From an uncultured Muribaculaceae bacterium (GTDB lineage: Bacteria > Bacillota_I > Bacilli_A > RF39 > UBA660), in the NCBI GenBank assembly GCA_964384115.1, contig CAYLJU010000007.1:1-54513 (forward strand): a DNA stretch of 54,513 bases, read 5' to 3'. Below, piece by piece: positions 40,001 through 48,274 of this stretch (positions are counted from its first letter, which is position 1; the number at the start of each line of letters is the position of its first letter). Made by a program: the position numbers and the translations under genes. The notes under the pieces are model-generated. The model did not search any database. It worked only from the letters and a program-made list of their open reading frames with translations, and was not told the DNA's origin.

Positions 40001-41272
40001 ATAATAATAAGAAGCAAATAAATTTCTATTATTAAATATTTCATATGCAATACTAATTGTATCTGTTCTTTTATTAGCAGATCCACAGTCAAGACATTCA
40101 ATATAATTTTCTGGTACATATTCATTCAATAAATATTTAGCATAAGTTTGATAATTCATATATTTTTGAACATAATGAACTAAATAATTACTACCACAAT
40201 TCATATTAGGATTATATAAACTTGTATCATAGTAATCATTAAAAGTACCATTGCTACGCATTTTATCTAAACTAATTTTAAGTTGTCTAGAATACCAATC
40301 AATAATTTTTTCATTATTATTATCATAATCATATATTTTATTACCAGTATAATATAAATTTTCATATCGTATTATTATTGAATCGAGCAAACTATAAGTA
40401 ACTTTTTCTCCTTTTACTAATCCAGAAATTTGTGTAGTTGGAAGGAAATCACTATTGTCAGCTACACACATACTAACAACTTTTGAACCAACCAAATGTC
40501 CAGAAAGACCTCTAAATTCTTCATCTGGAATTCCTAAATCTGTTCCTAAAGACAATGAAGCAAGTTCATAAAAACTTTTTATTTCATTTTTAGGTATAGT
40601 TGTATAACCTCTTGAACGGGCTATTCCCATATTAGATTTAGTTCTAGATCCATTCATAACACCACTTATAATTGTTTCATCACTTATAAACTTATTAAAA
40701 TGAATTGTTGAAGCAATTAAAGCAATATCAAATTCTCCATCAATTAAAGATAATCCATTCTCAAGTGAATAATTATTATAATTATTAACAATTTGTTTAA
40801 GATCATAGAAAAAAGATTCATTAGATGTACGAGCAGACTTATAATAAGAAGAAACAACTGCTTGTACTTTATCTTTTGCACCACTTGTAGTTCCTCCACC
40901 ACTAGTACTAGTAGAACCACTATTAGAGGTATTTCCATTAACATTATCAGTTACAAAAAAACCTTTCCATTGTTCATTAGTAAACAAAGTACCAATTAAA
41001 ACAACACCAAAAAACAAACAAGCAATTAGTATTCCAATAATTACAAATTTCCACTTTTTAATTGCTTTAAAAAAACCTAAAGCATCAATTCCAGCTTTAT
41101 TAGTACTACCAACACCAGCAGCATCGCCACTTGCCCCTTCTTCGACTTCTTCATATTTACCAACCATATCAGGATTGTTAAAAAAAGCATTTTCTTCATT
41201 TGTAAAATTAATTTTTTGAATTCTATTTTGGTTAGCTTTTATTTTTTCAATAGCATCATTATCATTATTCAT
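37019..41272 (-). CDS. 1417-aa multi-domain cell-wall hydrolase (TM anchor + M23 peptidase + two SpoIID/LytB-like domains + C-terminal NlpC/P60), a VirB1/PrgK/TcpG-type analogue
   Basis: M23 motifs: HYAIDA and GNSGCSSGNHLHFQL. SpoIID-like motifs: YVAGVVNNEMSESYNIEALKAQAILARTEY and a degenerate second copy, YVAGVLARNFDSS..LKALAISSRTWAY. NlpC/P60: GLDCVGFIRWAF ... HIAIVY. There is an N-terminal TM helix at about residue 80. Confidence 0.75.
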   Translation of the reverse strand: MNNDNDAIEKIKANQNRIQKINFTNEENAFFNNPDMVGKYEEVEEGASGDAAGVGSTNKAGIDALGFFKAIKKWKFVIIGILIACLFFGVVLIGTLFTNEQWKGFFVTDNVNGNTSNSGSTSTSGGGTTSGAKDKVQAVVSSYYKSARTSNESFFYDLKQIVNNYNNYSLENGLSLIDGEFDIALIASTIHFNKFISDETIISGVMNGSRTKSNMGIARSRGYTTIPKNEIKSFYELASLSLGTDLGIPDEEFRGLSGHLVGSKVVSMCVADNSDFLPTTQISGLVKGEKVTYSLLDSIIIRYENLYYTGNKIYDYDNNNEKIIDWYSRQLKISLDKMRSNGTFNDYYDTSLYNPNMNCGSNYLVHYVQKYMNYQTYAKYLLNEYVPENYIECLDCGSANKRTDTISIAYEIFNNRNLFASYYYDDVIDTMHFSNGDAFTTTESQYQLPDEIIENFTSPYGLSTTCTISSDFTSNRNGYSHYAIDAYSNTVDGRPLYAVYDGVVKVVVDGIPNIFNQWNGGACVNSSGVMDSRSSGNYVVIEHNFGGKTYRSYYMHLNSIDVKPGDVVTKGQKIGTEGNSGCSSGNHLHFQLFSTDGKRYNPSLLFSQCKGVNIISYEATTLKEYLESIYPNYSFTNQKEYIVKVYDKKNSGTYSSIDLESYVAGVVNNEMSESYNIEALKAQAILARTEYIDRVNFFKKDEIVPNDTTFQTYSKVDTENSKTDVINVLAARETVGKIVTYAHSLYHTEYANFPCEKVYACNNPTIYYYYDDGRAVAVDRYIPWYDVKTGEVTCKAEKGYASNDKSRVTITSNTLSSDGGGDTCPASGEKGSFYYCGSTKYPRQFRKQANLASIVGDCSEISVDLRPNSNYGGSYRTIPVSATSLGIGHTDNPEDDYSDFRGHNNGMSQVLANIYANNLGWNYEKIIDYFYANKIFDSKLINIDTPLVLLDDLTEYEANYSDCCRGKITIKAGSINMTVPVDFYVAGVLARNFDSSVNQNLLKALAISSRTWAYNNSLWGRNVLETKDQYSYTYTDNKIIYDAVNATKDDVLVDYDGYITPTEYYYVGDNGTIKGSGNQKTITYELGYLYIDSTHKVMIPYDEQFNNTNIKGNVGIVFNVASYLANNWYFVDHYEILKFFYGEDFKVLNIDNMATRGLIKDKDGNIKGTLDTSDAYSSALNYDLEEYVSEAGKGTLNGVLAAAYWLYVHSNNGGEISLPYQLAGEYPYIGVNPNWGMEEANPIYPQYSRTGLDCVGFIRWAFVNGYFDMPKDFGRDTFRYQAMVKWIEKHNLACGENGESCYVEFEDNAGHKNVRSLPLGKYADAGLIKPGDVLYHYSNTVYYGESAENATKYSHIAIVYDVDLQNRTLSVIHSSGGDPGVHYSTMNLDTGLYESGAKHGFTSVIRMSEMEERGYFN

Positions 41273-41327
41273 AAAATAACCACCTTTTAAACTAATACTA
41301 TTATAACATTAATTTTAATAAAATAAA

Positions 41328-41364
41328 ACAGAAAAAAGCATTAACTTTTTTTATAAGTTAATGC
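41328..41364 (-). terminator. Hairpin plus T-run overlapping the stop codon of the 332-aa gene (possible internal attenuator of the operon)
   Basis: Stem GCATTAAC/GTTAATGC (41338-41364) followed by TTTTTTCTGTTTTATTTT on the minus strand. Confidence 0.5.
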
Positions 41365-42339
41365 TTTTTCATTTGATGTAAAGAAATTTTTAAGTGCTGT
41401 TTGATAATTCTTATCACTAAGCAATAATTCTTTCAATTTTTCAAGTTCTTCTTTAGTTAAATCATCATACAATTTTGGATTAGATAATAAATCAGGATTG
41501 TCAAGAGACATTTCAATTTTCTTACCACTAACCATTTTTCTAAATTTAATACCACTTTGTTCATCACATAAATGTCCTGTAAATACTTCTTTAGGTTTAC
41601 CAGAAAAATCTACTAACACAGGTCTATCACCAGACAATAATTTTCTTTCTAATACAACACCTTTTCTTAACATATTACCTATTACATTAGAAGAACATAA
41701 AACTTTTATATTAGTTTTTACTTCCTCAACTTTTTCTTCTTCAGTTGCTGAAAGGACAGGTTCTTCAGGTACAACAGTTAAATCAGAAACATCATCATCA
41801 ACTAAATCATTTTTAGCTTCGATATTAGTAGTTTGAATAGAATCAACTCCTAAATTAGAAGATGGTACTTCACTTAAATCATTAACAACATCATCTACTA
41901 TTACATCATTTCTTCTTCCTATTTTTTTAGAATCGTTTTCTTTTTTATTATTTTTAGATTTATCCTTTTTAGCAATCATAGAAGATTTAAATTGAGCTGA
42001 TTTATTTTTTATATTAAGAATCACATTCAAAAGAAAATGTGTATGTTTACTACAATACTCTTTTTTTTCTTCCTTAGTTTTTAATTTGCGATATTTTTTA
42101 CTTAATCTACAAGAATAATAAGAAATTAAATCAGGAATAATTGATAATGCAATCATATATAAAGCTGCAATAACAAGTTTAATACCTATACTATTTACAC
42201 CAAATATAGAAGCTATCAATTCAACCGAATTATAAAAGAAGCCACAAACTACTTTAAAAATATTTCCAATAAATCCAAAAAATTTACCTATATATTTAAA
42301 TATATCTCCAACTAAATTAACAATAGTATATTGTTCCAT
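41341..42339 (-). CDS. Membrane protein of unknown function (N-terminal TM helices, Lys-rich linker, ~130-aa C-terminal soluble domain)
   Basis: Clean 332-aa ORF between the VirB4 and hydrolase genes. I recognise no family motif. Confidence 0.55.
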   Translation of the reverse strand: MEQYTIVNLVGDIFKYIGKFFGFIGNIFKVVCGFFYNSVELIASIFGVNSIGIKLVIAALYMIALSIIPDLISYYSCRLSKKYRKLKTKEEKKEYCSKHTHFLLNVILNIKNKSAQFKSSMIAKKDKSKNNKKENDSKKIGRRNDVIVDDVVNDLSEVPSSNLGVDSIQTTNIEAKNDLVDDDVSDLTVVPEEPVLSATEEEKVEEVKTNIKVLCSSNVIGNMLRKGVVLERKLLSGDRPVLVDFSGKPKEVFTGHLCDEQSGIKFRKMVSGKKIEMSLDNPDLLSNPKLYDDLTKEELEKLKELLLSDKNYQTALKNFFTSNEKALTYKKS

Positions 42340-42421
42340 AACTTTACCCCCTTAAGTTATACAAATCATACCATATATAAACAATATAGTCAAATTGAAA
42401 AGAAAAAAAAGAACTATATTA

Positions 42422-44206
42422 CTATAGTCCTCCACCACTACCAAACGAATCAAGTTCAGCATCAGTAAGTATTACATTAATTTGCATTCGTCTACTACCA
42501 CAAACTAATAAAGCCTCACCTTGGTTATATCTTTTAATACTTTCTTTTTCGTTATCATTTAAATCAATTAAATAAGCCAAATCTTCAACCGCTTGTTTCT
42601 TTAATCCCATAACTAAGTAATAAGAAGCATTATCAAATATAGCTTTACCATGCATAAGTACATCAGGAGCACAGAAATCACTCGGTTGTTGAGTTATAAT
42701 AATTGTTCCCGTATTATACTTACGACTTCTTCTTTGTACTTGAGCCAAGAACTCAGCTCCTAAAGCATTATTACCACTAAGTAATACGTGGGCTTCATCT
42801 ACTGCAAGTACAGTATTAACACTCTTATCAAGAGTTAAACTCCAAGCATATTTTAATATATTAAAGAATAAAGCATTTCTTATATTACTATCAGAATTCA
42901 TTAATTCCCTTATATTAAATACAATAAAATTACTATTAGGTTTAATTGTTGTATGTCCATCAAAATAATATTTTAATTCCTTAACAATAGGTCTAATTTT
43001 CAATTCAAGTTTTTCCAAAATATCTTTTTCATGTGATCGATCAGGCATTGATAAAATTTTACCTCTTACTGTAGCATATACATCTCTAAATGTAGGATAA
43101 TCTTCAGAAGTGAATTTAGTAAAATCAGAATCAAAATCAATACCAAATCTTTTATATGTTTCTTGAATCATTTCACTATATAAAGTTAAAACATCTTCTT
43201 CTATACTAGGATCATAATACTTTATAAATGCTTTCTGTGTTTGTAAAGATCTCGTCAAAACAGTATATCCAAGACCTTCTTTTAACTCATCATCATCACT
43301 ATCTAGAACAATTTCAAGTGGATTAATCATACCATATTCTCCACCTTTACCTAAATCAATGAAATCGCCGCCAAATAATTTAGTCATTTCTTCAAGTTCA
43401 CCTTCAGGATCGATAACAACAACTTGGTGACCATTTCTTATGTTAGCTCTAAGTAATAGTTTAGCAGCAGTTGATTTACCAGAACCAGAAGTACCAAGTA
43501 TAATCATATTAGCATTATTTCTATTGTGCTCTTTTTTTATCTGATATAAGAACTGATTAAATAATACTACACCACCAGAAAAATCTACTCCAAGTAAAGT
43601 TGACATTCCAGGATCCTTTATACTATCAAATATAAAAGGATACATTGCTGCAAGTGTAGGAGAAGGAATTGGTGTACCAATTCTTTCTTCCACAGCTTGT
43701 TTAGGATATATAGGTAACATTGATTTAAATACACTTTCTTGTTCAAATCTAAGTGGTACAGCAGTTAATTGCATAGCTTCTAAAAAATTTTTAACTTGTA
43801 ATTTTTTAGCAACTAATTCATCTTGTGTATCCGCAGTAACCATTATATGCATTTGAAAATCAAATATAGCAGATTGATTAGCCGCAAGCATTGAAATAAA
43901 GTATTCAAGTGATTCATAATCTTGTCTTATTCTTTCCTGTAATGTTTTATCTCTTTCATCTTGATATCTCATTTTTAAATCAGCAATTTCTTTATTTAAC
44001 ATTTTAGTTATTACACTAAATGGTAAAGGTAAATGTTTAATTGCAATTTTAATACCAGACATACTTGTCAGATTTGATAAAAATCCAGGATTAATAAATT
44101 TTGGATAAGATACAACAGTTAATATTGTTGCATATTTATCACTGATTACCATTTCAGCACTTTTAAATTCTAACCCCTTTGGGGCAAGTTGACTTTTTAA
44201 TTCCAT
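42422..44206 (-). CDS. VirB4-family T4SS ATPase, C-terminal (ATPase) part
   Basis: Walker A ILGTSGSGKSTAAK and Walker B LAVDEAHVLL, with an overall TcpF/PrgJ/Orf16-like sequence. The ATG shares one base with the upstream TAA (TAATG). Confidence 0.85.
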   Translation of the reverse strand: MELKSQLAPKGLEFKSAEMVISDKYATILTVVSYPKFINPGFLSNLTSMSGIKIAIKHLPLPFSVITKMLNKEIADLKMRYQDERDKTLQERIRQDYESLEYFISMLAANQSAIFDFQMHIMVTADTQDELVAKKLQVKNFLEAMQLTAVPLRFEQESVFKSMLPIYPKQAVEERIGTPIPSPTLAAMYPFIFDSIKDPGMSTLLGVDFSGGVVLFNQFLYQIKKEHNRNNANMIILGTSGSGKSTAAKLLLRANIRNGHQVVVIDPEGELEEMTKLFGGDFIDLGKGGEYGMINPLEIVLDSDDDELKEGLGYTVLTRSLQTQKAFIKYYDPSIEEDVLTLYSEMIQETYKRFGIDFDSDFTKFTSEDYPTFRDVYATVRGKILSMPDRSHEKDILEKLELKIRPIVKELKYYFDGHTTIKPNSNFIVFNIRELMNSDSNIRNALFFNILKYAWSLTLDKSVNTVLAVDEAHVLLSGNNALGAEFLAQVQRRSRKYNTGTIIITQQPSDFCAPDVLMHGKAIFDNASYYLVMGLKKQAVEDLAYLIDLNDNEKESIKRYNQGEALLVCGSRRMQINVILTDAELDSFGSGGGL

Positions 44207-44781
44207 TAACTCATCACCGTCCCACCTTCAGTACGCATTCCAGCATTTAAGAAATTATCTAGAAGTACTCGTAAATCATCATTTGTGGTTTGACTTGTAT
44301 TCAAACCAGCAGAAGCAAATTGATTAATCAAAGTTCTTAATCTCTTTTGTAATACATCATTATCTTTATCTTTAAATAACAAATAAAATTCTGTATCAAC
44401 AACTCCATTAGACATAAACATATTAGCTTTATTTATATCTTCCATAATCATCTTTTTAATCATTTGATCAGGTGTAGAATTAAATGCGATTTGTAATTGT
44501 GACAAATATACATTTATATCAACTGGTCTTCCTGCAATTATCAACCAAAATTCATAATTTATAACATTGTAAACATTTTTTAAATTAGAAATAATAGCAT
44601 CTTGTGAAGAAGAATCTAATATAAATATATTTTTTGGTTGTATCTTAAGACCTGTAACCTTTACATTATCATCAAGTACAATCATTCCATTTGCAATACT
44701 TTTAATTGGAACAAAACTCTCAGTATATTTACTTTGTGGTTTGTCCACTGGTTTCTTCGCTAGTTCCTTTAAATTCTTCAC
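44206..44781 (-). CDS. VirB4-family ATPase, N-terminal domain encoded as a separate ORF
   Basis: FVPIKSIANGMIVLDDNVKVTGLKIQPKNIFILDSSSQDAIISNLKNVYN is the typical N-terminus of Gram-positive VirB4 proteins. The two pieces total 191 + 594 aa, about full VirB4 length. It uses a GTG start. Confidence 0.65.
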   Translation of the reverse strand: MKNLKELAKKPVDKPQSKYTESFVPIKSIANGMIVLDDNVKVTGLKIQPKNIFILDSSSQDAIISNLKNVYNVINYEFWLIIAGRPVDINVYLSQLQIAFNSTPDQMIKKMIMEDINKANMFMSNGVVDTEFYLLFKDKDNDVLQKRLRTLINQFASAGLNTSQTTNDDLRVLLDNFLNAGMRTEGGTVMS

Positions 44782-45073
44782 TATAACACCATCCTTTCCA
44801 TATAAATCTTTCGCGACTTGTAAAGAATCTATATATTGATAAAATTACCGTCATTACATTATGATAATGGGCAACTGGGAAGACAAGTATTATTGCAATA
44901 GCTCCAGGAGTAATTGCAAGTACTGTCGGCCCAATGTCAGATAAATTAAGTGTAAGTAATAGAATAAGCGAAATTGCCATTCCTACTCCCAAAACTATTA
45001 AATCAAAACTTCTAAATAGACCAAATATAAGCATTGATTTTTTTGAATTGGCAGGTATTAAAAATCCATTCAT
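44729..45073 (-). CDS. VirB3/PrgI-like small membrane protein
   Basis: About 114 aa. SKKSMLIFGLFRSFDLIVLGVGMAISLILLL plus a second TM helix gives PrgI-like topology, and the gene sits directly upstream of VirB4. Its 3' end overlaps the next ORF by 53 nt. Confidence 0.5.
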   Translation of the reverse strand: MNGFLIPANSKKSMLIFGLFRSFDLIVLGVGMAISLILLLTLNLSDIGPTVLAITPGAIAIILVFPVAHYHNVMTVILSIYRFFTSRERFIWKGWCYSEEFKGTSEETSGQTTK

Positions 45074-45090
45074 ATTTTATTTCTCCCTTT

Positions 45091-47508
45091 TTATTTTCCA
45101 TGCTTAGCTTGTGCAGCAGCTTTTTCACGTTCATGACGCCTTACAACATCACTTCCACCATATGATTTGCTAACTATATCAGCTCGATCTGCATATTTTT
45201 TAGAATTTTCGCCAACAAATGTCTCAAGATAGTTCGCCGCACTTGTATCAATAGTTCCAAAAGTATGGCCTACGCCCATAATGGCAGCCTCACCATATAC
45301 ATTAAGATTTGAATTAATATTCGATACAAGTTGTTCAGCCATATGACCAGATATTTCATCATGATAATTTCCAGATGCATCTCTTTGAACCATCCATTCA
45401 GCAGCTGCCTGACCTTCAATAAATTTTTTCTTAATATTCAAGCCACGTTCCCACTCAGCTATTCTAGCAGCATACTCTTCTCTTTGAACATCAGTCATTT
45501 TAGAAGTATCAATTTCTTTCGCAGAATTGTATGCTGCAAGTTCAGTTTTATAATCACCTATTGAATACTCAGCGTTTTTAGATGCCCTATACTTGCCAGT
45601 TGCAGCATCGTACATTTGGAAAGTAGCAATGCCACTAGCATTTCTTCCAAATAATTGATCTCCAGTTCCAGACTTATTATAAAAGTCCCTTATACTTCGA
45701 GAAGAAGCAGCACTAAATGAAACATCTGTGCCATTTTTTTTCATCATTTCACCACCGGCACGTGCATATAGTGCGTCAACACTTTTCTTTAAACCAGAAG
45801 TTGTATCAATAACATTCTTATCTATATCAGCCGGAGTTGGTACTCCCATTGCCATAGCAGCACCAGCAGATAATCTTCCACCCAAAGTAGTACCAACATT
45901 ACTAGCAGCAATCCTACCACTTCTAGCCATATTTTCTCTAGTATTGCTTGTTATATCATGGATAGACTTAGCACCTTTTTTAGCACCACCAGTCAAACCA
46001 TGTACAGCAGTATCAGCTCCACCAGTTATAGCTCTTCTAAGTGCTTCTCCTCTACCAGCACCAGCACTTCTAGCACCTCTATAAGCAGCAAGTCCACCAC
46101 CTATAGCACCAGTTGCAAGTCCAGCAGCACCACCTAAAGCCATACTAGCAATTCTATTATCACCTATTCTCTTAAGTGGATTAAGACTAAATTGACCTTT
46201 AACATCAATTCCAAACGCTTTTCCGATCATTTCTGGAATTTGTTTAACAAACAAAAGTATACCAAGTATCATAAATACTTGAAACCAAGTACTAGTATTT
46301 TGTGAACCAGCAACACCTTCACCAGCTCCAAATATAACATTAATTAAAAATACCCCAAAGTAAACAGTAGCAACTCTAACAAACAAATCAACATAAGTTT
46401 TAAGTGATTCTTTTACCCACCAATTAAGTGACTTTTTATCACCTTTAGAATCACCAGGCTCAATATTTAAAATTATTGGAATAGGAGCAATAATTTGTAA
46501 GAAACAAAGTTTAACGTTACGAATAGCAACATCAAAACAGAAATTTAAAAATAGTAAAGCTAAAAATCCACCAGCAATTGTTGAAACAATAGCAGTATAA
46601 TTAATAACATGCTGATTTCCATAAGTTGCATTCAAAACGTTCGGATCAGTTAATAAACCAAAATTATACCTTTGAGAAGCTATATAAAACATAGTTCCTA
46701 TTTCTGCAGTAGAGTTATTGCTATTCTTATCATCCACACTTATAGCATTCAAAGCATTAACACATTTAGCAATTTTGGCTTCTTCTTTACTTAAAGATTT
46801 ACCATTTTCACCATCAGATTCATTGAGTTTATTACCATCAGGATCAATTTTTAAATTATCATTATAATAATATAAAATATTACCACATGGAGAAAGTTCA
46901 GTAATTGATAAATTAGGTGAATAAAAAGCACTAAAAGTCAAAAAAGATATTGCTTGCCCATATGAAGCAGCATTAAAAGAATCATTATTATTTTTATCGT
47001 TATTCATCCCCATTATTAAATTACCAATAACATTGCTATCCATAATATAATTTTGAAGTGCAAAAGCTCTATTAAATATCCATGGAACAGATACAATTAA
47101 AGCAAGAGAAACAGCTAAATTGGTAAGTAATTTACTAGTTCCCTTCTCCATTCCATCTGGATTAATAATATATTTAATAAAAGCAAAAGCTAATCTAAAT
47201 AACATAAAAATACCAAGTAAAGTATAAAGCCTCTGTGATGCAGATGCTAGATTTAAAGAGCTTAGTAAAGAACTCGAAGAAACTTCATAAAAAATACTAT
47301 ATGCCCAAGATGAAATTGAATAAACTTGTGTATCAATAAAAATTCCAACTGTACGTAGTAAACCAAGTATAGCTTCGTTAGAGCCTGTTACTAAATAAGA
47401 TACACCCCAAGTAGCCACACCTGCAGCAGCAAGACCAAGTAAAATTGTTCCAATAGCGCCCCTTTGATTAAATTTTCTTCTCATTTTTTCACCTAACTTT
47501 CCAAACAT
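45091..47508 (-). CDS. VirB6/TrbL-like polytopic membrane protein (TcpH/PrgH analogue) with a Gly/Ala-rich segment and a C-terminal soluble domain
   Basis: Has at least six hydrophobic helices in the first ~440 aa, then GGAAGLATGAIGGGLAAYRGARSAGAGRG..., then a ~250-aa hydrophilic tail. It sits next to the VirB3/VirB4 genes. Confidence 0.55.
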   Translation of the reverse strand: MFGKLGEKMRRKFNQRGAIGTILLGLAAAGVATWGVSYLVTGSNEAILGLLRTVGIFIDTQVYSISSWAYSIFYEVSSSSLLSSLNLASASQRLYTLLGIFMLFRLAFAFIKYIINPDGMEKGTSKLLTNLAVSLALIVSVPWIFNRAFALQNYIMDSNVIGNLIMGMNNDKNNNDSFNAASYGQAISFLTFSAFYSPNLSITELSPCGNILYYYNDNLKIDPDGNKLNESDGENGKSLSKEEAKIAKCVNALNAISVDDKNSNNSTAEIGTMFYIASQRYNFGLLTDPNVLNATYGNQHVINYTAIVSTIAGGFLALLFLNFCFDVAIRNVKLCFLQIIAPIPIILNIEPGDSKGDKKSLNWWVKESLKTYVDLFVRVATVYFGVFLINVIFGAGEGVAGSQNTSTWFQVFMILGILLFVKQIPEMIGKAFGIDVKGQFSLNPLKRIGDNRIASMALGGAAGLATGAIGGGLAAYRGARSAGAGRGEALRRAITGGADTAVHGLTGGAKKGAKSIHDITSNTRENMARSGRIAASNVGTTLGGRLSAGAAMAMGVPTPADIDKNVIDTTSGLKKSVDALYARAGGEMMKKNGTDVSFSAASSRSIRDFYNKSGTGDQLFGRNASGIATFQMYDAATGKYRASKNAEYSIGDYKTELAAYNSAKEIDTSKMTDVQREEYAARIAEWERGLNIKKKFIEGQAAAEWMVQRDASGNYHDEISGHMAEQLVSNINSNLNVYGEAAIMGVGHTFGTIDTSAANYLETFVGENSKKYADRADIVSKSYGGSDVVRRHEREKAAAQAKHGK

Positions 47509-48200
47509 TTAATTGCTTCAACATCAACATAATTATTTATAAGTCCAATTATAATATTAATTATAACTGGTATAAGTAAAATAATAACTAAAGCAATTAT
47601 TCTTCCTTTTATATTTTTAAAAGCTTTTTTGCTATCTAAATCTTTAGAAACCAATAATTTATAAACATCTGTAATACATAATATAATTGTTATACTTACA
47701 CAAGCAATTTCTAAATAACCAAAATATTCATTTAATACATCCTTAAATTTTTTGTCAATTAAATTACAATCATCAATAATAGTCAAATCATCTCTTGATT
47801 GAATTTTACTACCAACAACAAATACATTTTTTTTAATTTCAATTTCTGTTTCTAGGTTTAAACTATACATTGTATTTTTTCCAACATATTCTTCACCACT
47901 TTTAATAGCTTCATATAAATCTTCAGCATAATTCGCACAAACATCATTTATAGTTTTACCATTTTGAGTAGTCAAACTTTTAATGGTATCATATCCACCA
48001 CTCAAAGCTTCTAAATTACCATCAGCATATTCGATAATTGCGACCCTTTCAAGATTACTACATGCACCAATAAATAGATCATATGAAGAATTTAATTCGT
48101 AAAAAACTTTTTGATACTCAGAATAAGTAATTTCATTTTTATCAGCATATACATTGCTTATAAAAGCAAATACTAAAATTAATAATATAATTTTTCGCAT
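47493..48200 (-). CDS. Secreted paralogue 5 (235 aa): ectodomain plus C-terminal VirB2-like Cys-bracketed TM hairpin
   Basis: Signal peptide ...FISNVYA|DK. The C-terminus is C-x20-ACVSITIILCITDVYKLLVSKDLDSKKAFKNIKGRIIALVIILLIPVIINIIIG...KC. Confidence 0.6.
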   Translation of the reverse strand: MRKIILLILVFAFISNVYADKNEITYSEYQKVFYELNSSYDLFIGACSNLERVAIIEYADGNLEALSGGYDTIKSLTTQNGKTINDVCANYAEDLYEAIKSGEEYVGKNTMYSLNLETEIEIKKNVFVVGSKIQSRDDLTIIDDCNLIDKKFKDVLNEYFGYLEIACVSITIILCITDVYKLLVSKDLDSKKAFKNIKGRIIALVIILLIPVIINIIIGLINNYVDVEAIKCLES

Positions 48201-48274
48201 AATTCACCTATAGGAAATCTATCATAATAAATTATAACATAATAATCATAAATTTGCTATATATTTTATAAATA

